Shown piece by piece: positions 18,831 to 27,023 of a stretch of DNA of 64,000 nucleotides. The notes under the pieces are model-generated. The model saw only the letters and a program-made list of their open reading frames with translations, was not told where the DNA came from and made no database searches. The position numbers were made by a program, and so were the translations under genes. This stretch comes from Armatimonadota bacterium (lineage in GTDB: Bacteria > Armatimonadota > SYMT01): the NCBI GenBank assembly GCA_041690135.1, contig JAWLHY010000002.1, positions 448,001 through 512,000 on the forward strand, read 5' to 3'. The first letter of the stretch is position 1. Every line of letters begins with the position of its first letter.

Positions 18831-19097
18831 ATGCCAACTCACGAGAGAGTAACCCTGGACCGCCTGCTCGAGCCAGTCAGTCGTTGTCTGACGCCCGAAG
18901 CAGCCAGGGAGTTGGTATCCTTACGGGCTGATCCCGAACTCCAGGCCCGCGTCGATCTCCTCGCAGAGAAGAGTAACGAGGGTGAGCTCACTCCTGAAGA
19001 GCGAGATGAGTACGAGACCTACGTACGAACGAGTCGCTTCATCGCCTTTCTTCAAGCGAAAGCGCGTAAGCTACTACTTCAGCAGACAACGAGCTGA
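18831..19097 (+). CDS. Small antitoxin-like protein of the type usually found directly upstream of HNH endonucleases
   Basis: LDRLLEP..CLTPEAA.ELV.LRADPELQAR.D.LAEK.NEG.LTPEE..EY pattern; lower GC than flanks. Confidence 0.65.
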   Translation: MPTHERVTLDRLLEPVSRCLTPEAARELVSLRADPELQARVDLLAEKSNEGELTPEERDEYETYVRTSRFIAFLQAKARKLLLQQTTS

Positions 19098-19228
19098 TGG
19101 ATGAGGGGATCCGCAGGGAAGTTCGCTCTCGAATTCGGACAATCAGCGACAACTCCGTGCAGAGTGGTCCGCGGAGTCTTGATGCTTTCATGTGCGGTTG
19201 GAAGTTCTGGTGGGAGGCCACTGCGTGA
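19097..19228 (+). pseudogene. Probable truncated HNH endonuclease remnant
   Basis: TGATG-coupled ORF MDEGIRREVRSR... resembles HNH N-termini but lacks the following CEYC/HNH region; its stop overlaps the GTG at 19225. Confidence 0.4.
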
Positions 19229-20445
19229 CTGAGAACCTATCCGTACCCTGGGGCGCCTGGTTCGGTGACGAGGAGCGGGAACTGACCTTCCCCGCGGACT
19301 GGGAAGCCTGCCTGTTTCCCCCGGCCGATGCCCCCAACCTCGACGAGGCCGCCGTGCGGCGGGCCTTCGCGGCACCCTACGGCACGCCCCCGCTGCGGGA
19401 GCTGGCTCGCGGGCGGCGGGATGCGGTGATCGTGATCGATGACCTCTCCCGGCCCACGCCGGCGGAGCGCCTCCTGCCGATCCTGCTGGAAGAGCTCGCC
19501 GCCGGGGGCCTGGAGCCCGAGCGCATCCGCGTGATCGTGGGCGTGGCGGGCCACCGTCCGTTGATGCGCCAGGACCTGGTCCGCAAGCTCGGCGCGGCGA
19601 TGGTGGACCTCCTGGAAGTCAAGAACCACCACCCGCACGAGAACCTGGTGCAGGTGGGGACCACCTCCTTCGGCACCCCGGTGTGGCTGAACCGCGACTT
19701 CGTGGAGGCGGACCTCAAGCTCTGCCTCGGCAGCATCAACCCGCATGGCGGGCCCGGCTTCGGCGGCGGAGCCAAGCTGGTGCTGCCCGGAGTGGCCGGA
19801 ATCGAGACGCTTTACCACAACCATCGCCAGGACAACGGCCTGAAGCGCGGGCTGAACGACGTGGAGACGAACCAGCAGCGCGCGGACATGGAAGAGGCGG
19901 CGCGGATGGGCGGCCTGGACGCCGTGGTGAACGTAGTGGTCAACTCCCGCCGCGGCATCGCCGGAGTGTTCGTGGGCGACATGGTGGAAGCGCACCGGGC
20001 GGGGGTGGAGCTGGCCCGCCGTGTCTTCGCCACGCAGGTCCCGACCGGTTGGGATGTGGGGGTGTTCAACGCATATCCCAAGGACAACGAGTTCATCCAG
20101 GCAGGCATGGCGTTCAACATCTGGAACTCCGCGCGGGAGCCGATCGTGCACGAAGGGGGGACGGTGGTGCTCTGCTCCGCCGCCAGCGAGGGGCCGGGGT
20201 TCCACTCCCTCCACGGACCCGGAATGCGCCTTCCCAACACCGGCAGCCTGCGCGCCCGCTTCGCCCCGCGCGAGCTGGTGATCTTCTCCCCCGGCATCAA
20301 CGCCCGCGACCTCAACGCCGCCACCCGGGCGGACACCACCTACTGCCGTACCTGGGAAGAGGTGATGGCCGTCCTCCAGCGCCGGCACGGCCCCGGCACC
20401 CGCGCCGCCGTCTTCCCCTGCGCCGCCATCCAATTGGCCTGCTGA
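19225..20445 (+). CDS. Lactate racemase (LarA/DUF2088) family protein
   Basis: IDDLSRPTP, GVAGHRP, VKNHH, GTTSFGTPVWLN, PHGGPGFGGGAKLVLPGVAG; SD GGAGG before GTG 19225. Confidence 0.85.
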   Translation: MTENLSVPWGAWFGDEERELTFPADWEACLFPPADAPNLDEAAVRRAFAAPYGTPPLRELARGRRDAVIVIDDLSRPTPAERLLPILLEELAAGGLEPERIRVIVGVAGHRPLMRQDLVRKLGAAMVDLLEVKNHHPHENLVQVGTTSFGTPVWLNRDFVEADLKLCLGSINPHGGPGFGGGAKLVLPGVAGIETLYHNHRQDNGLKRGLNDVETNQQRADMEEAARMGGLDAVVNVVVNSRRGIAGVFVGDMVEAHRAGVELARRVFATQVPTGWDVGVFNAYPKDNEFIQAGMAFNIWNSAREPIVHEGGTVVLCSAASEGPGFHSLHGPGMRLPNTGSLRARFAPRELVIFSPGINARDLNAATRADTTYCRTWEEVMAVLQRRHGPGTRAAVFPCAAIQLAC

Positions 20446-20446
20446 T

Positions 20447-21781
20447 TCAGAACTGCATCCGCAAAGTCATTTCAAGCTTGGAGGCAAGATCCTGTGGGTC
20501 TTGGAAGAACTGCACGACGTTCTCCTTCAGCACGCGGCCCCGGAACTCCAGCAGCTTGCGGTACCGGTCGGCGTCCGTGTCGATCATAGCGAGCGGGATC
20601 TGCGCGCGGTCGCTCATCACGAAGAGGCAGCGGCGCTTCCCGCTGGCCACGGCCTGCCGGTATTCCAGTTCCGTCATGGAGAAGCCGAGGGCCGGGTCGA
20701 CGAACCCATACCGCATGCCGAGCACGCCCACGTACAGCTCGGCCCGGGTCACCTCGCGGCGGATGAAGTCCACGGGCGCGGTGCCGGATGGGGGAAACTC
20801 CTCCATCCCGATAAAGGTCAATTCCAGACCTTCGATCACCCCGCGCGCGGCCCGGCGGTACTCCTGGAGGTCCTCCCAGGTAGAGCTGAGGAAGACGGAG
20901 CGCGGCGCCTGGGCGGCGAGGTCGTGCTTTAGGGTGAGCTCGGTCTCGTAGATCCCGCGCAGGTGGGTGACCGCGTCCAACTGGCGGGTCAGCAGCTCCA
21001 ACTGCTCGGTCACGCCGGGGCCCTCCGCCCCGAGCGCTTCGAGGACGGCGCCGTCCAGCTCCGCGCGCCGGGCATCCAGCCTCCGCAGCATGCCGTAAAT
21101 GTCGAACTGGCGCTGCCGCTCCCGGTCCGCGCCGGGCGCACCGGGATCGTGAGGAGGGACCAGTTGCCACTCGCCGTCCTTCTCCAGGAGGCCTACCGCC
21201 AGGGTCCGTTCGAGGAAGCGGTCGAACGACTCGTAGAAGGCCTGCGCGGAGCCAAAGTTGAACGGCCGGTCGAACAGCCAGAGCTCCACTTCGAACCGCT
21301 CGTCCGTCTCGAGCAGACAGCGAGCCAGCACGGCGGCCATCTGTTCGGCCGTAACGATCGGGTCGAACCCAGCATACCCGGTGCCGATGGAGGGAAACGC
21401 CACCGACCGGCAGCCCAGCATGGGCAGCAGCGTCATCACCCCGTGGCACGCCCGCCGCACGACGGCATCCGCGGGGAGCGGGTGCCCATCGGGGTCACGG
21501 GTGATCGCATGCAGCACGTAAGTAGCGGATAGCTCCCCGGCGGGAGTAACGAGGACATCTCCCGGCTGCACCCGTCCGCGCTGTTGGCGCATCGCCAGGA
21601 TCTTCCGGCACGCGTCGCGATAGGCGATCCCGGCGGCGTTCTGGAGCGCGCGCGAAACACCCCCGCCCATTAGCAGGCGGGTATCATCCGAGCTGACCAG
21701 CACCTCCGCCCGGGAGCCGCGGATGTCCCCCAGGTGGAGCGAAATGGTCGAGCCGCCGACGTGGTAAGTCCGGGGATGCAT
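20447..21781 (-). CDS. Macro domain - DUF4062 fusion protein
   Basis: N-terminal GDI...VSSDD..LMGGGVSRAL, YVLHA, SVAFPSIGTGYAG; C-terminal VFLSSTWEDL, FIGME, G.RYG, SMTELEY. Confidence 0.85.
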   Translation of the reverse strand: MHPRTYHVGGSTISLHLGDIRGSRAEVLVSSDDTRLLMGGGVSRALQNAAGIAYRDACRKILAMRQQRGRVQPGDVLVTPAGELSATYVLHAITRDPDGHPLPADAVVRRACHGVMTLLPMLGCRSVAFPSIGTGYAGFDPIVTAEQMAAVLARCLLETDERFEVELWLFDRPFNFGSAQAFYESFDRFLERTLAVGLLEKDGEWQLVPPHDPGAPGADRERQRQFDIYGMLRRLDARRAELDGAVLEALGAEGPGVTEQLELLTRQLDAVTHLRGIYETELTLKHDLAAQAPRSVFLSSTWEDLQEYRRAARGVIEGLELTFIGMEEFPPSGTAPVDFIRREVTRAELYVGVLGMRYGFVDPALGFSMTELEYRQAVASGKRRCLFVMSDRAQIPLAMIDTDADRYRKLLEFRGRVLKENVVQFFQDPQDLASKLEMTLRMQF

Positions 21782-21791
21782 GGTAACACGG

Positions 21792-21821
21792 AGTATAAAC
21801 GCCGTGCCCCCGAACCCTCAA
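21792..21821 (-). promoter_or_regulatory. Sigma70-like promoter for the Macro-DUF4062 gene (near-leaderless)
   Basis: TTGAGG-18 nt-TATACT on the minus strand, 10 nt before the ATG, no SD. Confidence 0.5.
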
Positions 21822-22180
21822 GGGGATTGAGAGAGGCCTACGTCGTGAACCGAAGAAGGGCCGGTGAGCTTGCTTCTCACCGGCCCTGAAAGTTCATTCG
21901 AAATGCGGCACAGCACCACGCAGGAATCCGGGCCGGCGTAACTTGAGCATTGAGTGGAAGTCGGAGGTGGGTCACCGCGGTCGCGATCACTGCAACCTAA
22001 CGGGCGCGGTCCGTGACCAACAGCATAGACGAGTTGCACACCAAGCATGTGCCGTGACCAACGGGGACAAGCCCCTCTGCTACCTTCCGTTTCCCATTTC
22101 TTTCCGTGTCTCGATTACCCGCTCGCGGGTAATCTCTATTCTTTCCAATCTGTGAAATCTGTGGCTCCCCGGGCCCGGAG

Positions 22181-23011
22181 TTAATCCTCCACGAACTCGA
22201 TCGGCGGGAGTTGCTCAATCACGCCCGCCTCGTGGCCGCGGGTGAGGAAGAGGCGGATGCTCTCGCGGCCGGCCTCGCCCATGTCGAGCGTCCAATCGTT
22301 GACGTACATCCCCACGAACTGGTCGGCCAACTCGCGCTTCATGCCGCGGGCGAACTCCAGGGCGTAGTCCAGCGCTTCCTTCCGGTTCTCCAGCCCGTGC
22401 GCGATGCTGGCGTGGAGGATGCGCGAGATCTGGCGCATCCGTTCCGCGCCGAGGTCCTTTCGGATCACGTTCACGCCCAGGGGCAGCGGCAGTCCGGTCT
22501 CACCCTTCCACCACTGGCCCAGGTCGACCACGGTCTTCAGGCCCAGCTCGGGGTGCATGAGCTGCCCTTCATGGATCAGGAGCCCTGCGGCGTACTTTCC
22601 TTCGGCCACGCCTTCCATGATCTCGTCGAACGGCACCACCTCGTAGGCAAACTCGCCCAGCCAGAGGCGCAGGGCCAGGAAGGCGCTGGTGAGGGTGCCG
22701 GGGATGGCGATCTTCAGCTCCTTGAGCGCCTGCCGGGAGAGATTCTCGCGCGCCACGATCATCGGGCCGTAGTTATCACCCATGCTCGCGCCGTGGGGCA
22801 GGATGGCGTAGTTGTCGGCGATGTAAGCATAGCCGTGGACGGAGACGGCCGTGATGTGGAGGCGAGACTCCAGCGCCCAGCGGTTCAGCGTCTCGATGTC
22901 GCGCAGGATGTGCTCGAACTCGTAACCTTCTTCCTCGACCTTGTGCCGGGCGAGGCCGTAGAACATGAAGGCGTCGTCGGAGTCCGGGCTGTGTCCTAGT
23001 GTGATCTTCAC
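22181..23011 (-). CDS. mqnD: 1,4-dihydroxy-6-naphthoate synthase (futalosine menaquinone pathway)
   Basis: ITLGHSPDSDDAFMFY, DIETLN, GASMGDNYGP, GLLIHEGQL, TGLPLPLG, FVGMYVN; GTG 23011 overlaps the map stop. Confidence 0.88.
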   Translation of the reverse strand: MKITLGHSPDSDDAFMFYGLARHKVEEEGYEFEHILRDIETLNRWALESRLHITAVSVHGYAYIADNYAILPHGASMGDNYGPMIVARENLSRQALKELKIAIPGTLTSAFLALRLWLGEFAYEVVPFDEIMEGVAEGKYAAGLLIHEGQLMHPELGLKTVVDLGQWWKGETGLPLPLGVNVIRKDLGAERMRQISRILHASIAHGLENRKEALDYALEFARGMKRELADQFVGMYVNDWTLDMGEAGRESIRLFLTRGHEAGVIEQLPPIEFVED

Positions 23012-23835
23012 GTGCGTGGTCCCTTTGCGGCCGCCCGGTCCTTGCTGAGGTCTACGGGGTCGTGCGGCCCGAGTGTGAGAATCTCGTAACCGTGCCGGGT
23101 GATGGCCACGGTGTGTTCGAAATGGGCGCTGGGGCGGTTGTCGGCGGAGACGATGGTCCACCCGTCTTCCAGGCATTCCACGTCCGGCGTGCCGGCGTTC
23201 ACCATCGGCTCGATGGCGATGGTCAGCCCTTCCAGCATCAGGGGGTTGGGGCGGTCGGAGGCGACGTAGTTGTAGATCTCCGGCTCCTCCCACAGGTTCT
23301 TGCCGATCCCATGGCCGGTAAGCGCCTCCACCACGGTAAAGCCGTTGCTCTCCACCACCTCCTGCACGGCCCGGCCGATATCCTGGATCCGGCCGCGCGG
23401 GCGGATCGCGCGGATGCCGGCCCACAGCGATTCGCGGGTGACGTCGATCAGCTTCTGCTTCTCTTCCGAGATCTGGCCGATCGGCACGGTGATCGCGCTG
23501 TCGCCGTGGTACCCCCGCAGCTTCACGCCCACGTCGATGGAGAGGATCTGCCCCTCTACCAGCTTCCGTTCCGCGCGCGGGATGCCGTGGACCACCTCCT
23601 CGTCCACGGAGGCGCAGATGCTCCAGTGGTAAACCTCGTCCCCGGCGCGGTGGTTGAGGAACGAGGGCGTGCCGCCGTGCTTCGCGATGAGGTCGTAGGC
23701 GAGCTTATCCAGCTCCAGCGTGGAGACCCCCGGCTGCGCCGCCTCGCGCAGCGCCGCCAGCACCACGGAGACGACGTATCCCGCCTCCCGCATCCGCTCG
23801 ATCTCTTTCGCCGACTTGTAACTGATCCGTCCCAA
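23008..23835 (-). CDS. map: Methionine aminopeptidase type I
   Basis: CASVDEEVVHGIP, SIDVG, GYHGDSA, GHGIG, IAIEPMVN, SAHFEHT. Confidence 0.95.
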   Translation of the reverse strand: MGRISYKSAKEIERMREAGYVVSVVLAALREAAQPGVSTLELDKLAYDLIAKHGGTPSFLNHRAGDEVYHWSICASVDEEVVHGIPRAERKLVEGQILSIDVGVKLRGYHGDSAITVPIGQISEEKQKLIDVTRESLWAGIRAIRPRGRIQDIGRAVQEVVESNGFTVVEALTGHGIGKNLWEEPEIYNYVASDRPNPLMLEGLTIAIEPMVNAGTPDVECLEDGWTIVSADNRPSAHFEHTVAITRHGYEILTLGPHDPVDLSKDRAAAKGPRT

Positions 23836-23846
23836 AGTTAAATCCT

Positions 23847-24482
23847 CTACCGGAGCCCCTCATCCAGCACACGTACTAACCAGTCGCTTTCGGCCGCGAT
23901 GGTCGTGTCCGGCCCGTGGCCGGGGTAGACGCGCGTCTCCGGGGGCAGTTGCAGCGCCCGGGAGAGGCTCGCCGCCATGTGGGCCGCGTTGCAGCCGGGT
24001 AGGTCGATGCGCCCGTAGCCGCCCTGAAAGAGCAGGTCTCCCCCCAGCACCTCCGCCCGCTCCCGGCAGTAGAGCAGGATGTGCCCCGGAGAGTGGCCGG
24101 GGACATGCCACACTTCCCACTCGGTGTCGCCCAGCGGCAGGGTCATCCCCTCCGACAGCGCCTCGTCAATCTGCACCCGCGGCATCTCGTAGGGGAGGCC
24201 GAACAGGGCGGTCTGCGGAGCGTGAAGCAGCGGCGTCTCCACCGGGTTCACCGCCACTGGAATGCCCGCCTGCTGGTAGGCCGCCACATCCAGAATGTGG
24301 TCGAAGTGCCCGTGCGTCAAGATGGCGCGCGTGAGGCGGAGGCCGCGGTCGGCCACGTGCCGCAGCACCCGGTCGGCCGTCTCCAGCGGGGCGTCGATCA
24401 CCCAGGCTTCACCGCTTTTCGGGTCCGCCACCAGGTACGTGTGTGTCTCTACCGGCGGACCGGTCCATCGCTCAATGACCAC
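23847..24482 (-). CDS. MBL-fold metallo-hydrolase (glyoxalase II / YcbL-like)
   Basis: THGHFDH, PGHSPGH, GDLLFQGGYGRIDLPG, YPGHGPDTTI. Confidence 0.9.
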   Translation of the reverse strand: MVIERWTGPPVETHTYLVADPKSGEAWVIDAPLETADRVLRHVADRGLRLTRAILTHGHFDHILDVAAYQQAGIPVAVNPVETPLLHAPQTALFGLPYEMPRVQIDEALSEGMTLPLGDTEWEVWHVPGHSPGHILLYCRERAEVLGGDLLFQGGYGRIDLPGCNAAHMAASLSRALQLPPETRVYPGHGPDTTIAAESDWLVRVLDEGLR

Positions 24483-24672
24483 GCTGGAGTGTTTCCCTTC
24501 CCCTTCAGCCCAGAAACCCTCCTCATTCTATCACGCGGCCTGCGAACTCCTCGCCGTCCCGGAGACGCTGTTTGGGACCTCCTCGCTGCGCGGTAAATGC
24601 TCTGGGCGTCGCGCCTGAGGTGCCGGCAACCGGACCGGAAGATCGCACGAGCCATGGAGACGGTTCCCGAAG

Positions 24673-26760
24673 ATGAGTGCAAACACCCCCGCAGAAACTC
24701 CGTACCCGCCCCGGGAAGCGCTCCGGGTCCCGGAGCTTCCCACTCCGAGCTGGGGGCTGGGGGGCTGGCTGTACCGCGGGGGCTCGCCGGAGCATGCCGC
24801 CCACGTGGATGATCAGGCGCGGCCGTGGTACCTCGTCCTGTGGCTCACCGGAGTCGACTACTTCTCCACCCTGGGTTACCAGCCGGGGATCGCGCTGCTC
24901 GCGGCGGGCGCGCTCTCTCCCGTGGCCACCCTCATCCTGATCCTGGTGACGCTCTTCGGCGCGCTGCCGGTCTACGCCCAGGTGGCCCGCCATTCCTACA
25001 GCGGCCAGGGGTCCATCGCCATGCTGGAGCGACTCCTCTCCGGCTGGCGGAGCAAGCTCTTCGTGCTGGTGCTCCTCGGTTTTGCCGCGACCGATTTCGT
25101 TATCACCATGACCCTCTCCGCGGCCGACGCCGCCGTGCACCTGGTGGAGAACCCGCTGGTGGCGGAGTACCTGCACGGTGGTCAGTTGTGGATCACGCTG
25201 GCGCTCCTCGCCCTACTCGCGGGAGTTTTCTTGAAGGGGTTCCGGGAGGCGATCGGCCTGGCCGCCCTGATCGGCATCCCTTACATCCTGTTGAACCTGC
25301 TGGTGGTCATCCGTGGCGGCATCGAGATTGCCCGGCACCCGGAGTACCTCCAGGCCTGGACCTCCGCCCTCGCGGTGCAGGGGGATTGGAGCGCCGTGGT
25401 GCTGGTGGCGGCCCTGGTGTTTCCCAAGCTGGCACTGGGGCTCAGCGGGTTCGAGACCGGCGTGGCCGTTATGCCGCTGGTAAAGGGGGACCCAGACGAC
25501 CGCCGCTGGCCCTTGCCGGTGGGGCGGATCCAGAGCAGCCGGAAGTTGCTGGCCGCCGCCGCGCTGATCATGAGCGTGATGCTGCTGACGACCAGCCTCG
25601 TCACCACGCTGCTGGTGCCGGAAACGGCCTATCGAGAAGGGGGGCCCGCGGCGGGTCGAGTGATGGCGTACGTCGCCCACCGGCTGATGGGTGACTTCGT
25701 TGGTACCATCTACGACATCTCCACGATCCTGATTCTCTGGTTCGCGGGCGCTTCGGCGATGGCGGGGCTGTTGAACCTCGTTCCCCGGTACCTGCCGCGC
25801 CTGGGAATGGCTCCCCGCTGGGTAGCCTACGTGCGGCCGCTGGTGTTGATTCTCTTTGCCATCAACGTGATCGTGACGCTCGTCTTCCGGGCGGAGGTGG
25901 AAGCGCAGGCGGGGGCCTACGCGACCGGGGTGTTGTTCCTGATCTTTTCGGCGTCCGTCGCCGTGACACTGGCGCTCTGGCGCGAGGCCCGTGAGGGCCC
26001 TTCCGCCGCCGTGACGCCGGCTCTGGCGGTGAAGGGGCTGGCGGAGCCGGAAGACCCAACCGGCATCCGCCCACGACGGTTCCCATGGGGAGCCATCTAC
26101 TTCGGCGGCATCAGCCTGGTGTTCTTTTACACCCTGGCCCAGAACATTCACGAGCGTCCGGACGGCATCATCATTGCCTCGGTCTTCATTGCCGGCATCA
26201 TTCTCCTCAGCCTGATCTCCCGGTACCGCCGGTCCACGGAACTGCGGGTCGAGCGGATCGACCTCGCCGATGCGGAGTCGTGCCGGCTGTGGGAGTCCAT
26301 GCTGGGCAAGAAGGTCAACCTGGTTCCGATCAAGCACTGTACGGCCGAGGGAATCCGGAGCAAGACCGAGGAGATCCGCAATTACTACCGGGTCGAGGGA
26401 CCGCTTGCCCTCCTCCACGTGCGGCTCCGTGACGACCGGAGCGACTTCTCCGGCGAGTTGTCCGTTGCGGTCACGCGTGTGGGCGACGACTATCTCATCC
26501 TGGTGGATGGCGCCGTCGCCATCGCCAACACCATCGCCTACCTCAGTGAACTGCTCGACCCCATCAGTGTCTTCCTGGGGTTGACGCGCCAGAATACGGT
26601 GGCGCAGGCGATCCGCTTTCTCCTCTGGGGCGAGGGAGAGACCGGCATCCGGGTCTATGAGGTCCTCCTGCGACACTGGGAGGAGACCCCCGAGGACGAC
26701 GTACGCCCGCGCATCTTCCTGATCAGTGACGGCTCCGAACCGGCAACGACCGGCGCTTAG
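24673..26760 (+). CDS. APC superfamily transporter with C-terminal soluble domain
   Basis: WLTGVDYFSTLGYQPG, FPKLALGLSGFETGV, AGAYATGVL; multiple TM helices. Confidence 0.85.
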   Translation: MSANTPAETPYPPREALRVPELPTPSWGLGGWLYRGGSPEHAAHVDDQARPWYLVLWLTGVDYFSTLGYQPGIALLAAGALSPVATLILILVTLFGALPVYAQVARHSYSGQGSIAMLERLLSGWRSKLFVLVLLGFAATDFVITMTLSAADAAVHLVENPLVAEYLHGGQLWITLALLALLAGVFLKGFREAIGLAALIGIPYILLNLLVVIRGGIEIARHPEYLQAWTSALAVQGDWSAVVLVAALVFPKLALGLSGFETGVAVMPLVKGDPDDRRWPLPVGRIQSSRKLLAAAALIMSVMLLTTSLVTTLLVPETAYREGGPAAGRVMAYVAHRLMGDFVGTIYDISTILILWFAGASAMAGLLNLVPRYLPRLGMAPRWVAYVRPLVLILFAINVIVTLVFRAEVEAQAGAYATGVLFLIFSASVAVTLALWREAREGPSAAVTPALAVKGLAEPEDPTGIRPRRFPWGAIYFGGISLVFFYTLAQNIHERPDGIIIASVFIAGIILLSLISRYRRSTELRVERIDLADAESCRLWESMLGKKVNLVPIKHCTAEGIRSKTEEIRNYYRVEGPLALLHVRLRDDRSDFSGELSVAVTRVGDDYLILVDGAVAIANTIAYLSELLDPISVFLGLTRQNTVAQAIRFLLWGEGETGIRVYEVLLRHWEETPEDDVRPRIFLISDGSEPATTGA

Positions 26761-27023
26761 GGTCTGTCAAGAAATTACCGTTTCGTTACGCCCAGCCGAC
26801 GAAGGTTTACGCCCCGAGGGGGTGTCGGCTTCGCCATTTGTAGGCGTGAGTTTACTCGCCCAACTGTAGCGCCTGTTTTATGGCAGCCCCGTAGCGGGCG
26901 ATTTCTTCCCGAATCGCCCGTAACCCTTTCCCCGGTTCGCCGGTCACAGGAGATAGCTAACGCAATCGGTGCAATGGATGCGGCATCCGGCATGCCGGCG
27001 CGACATGGGTTGGAGGGGGACTG

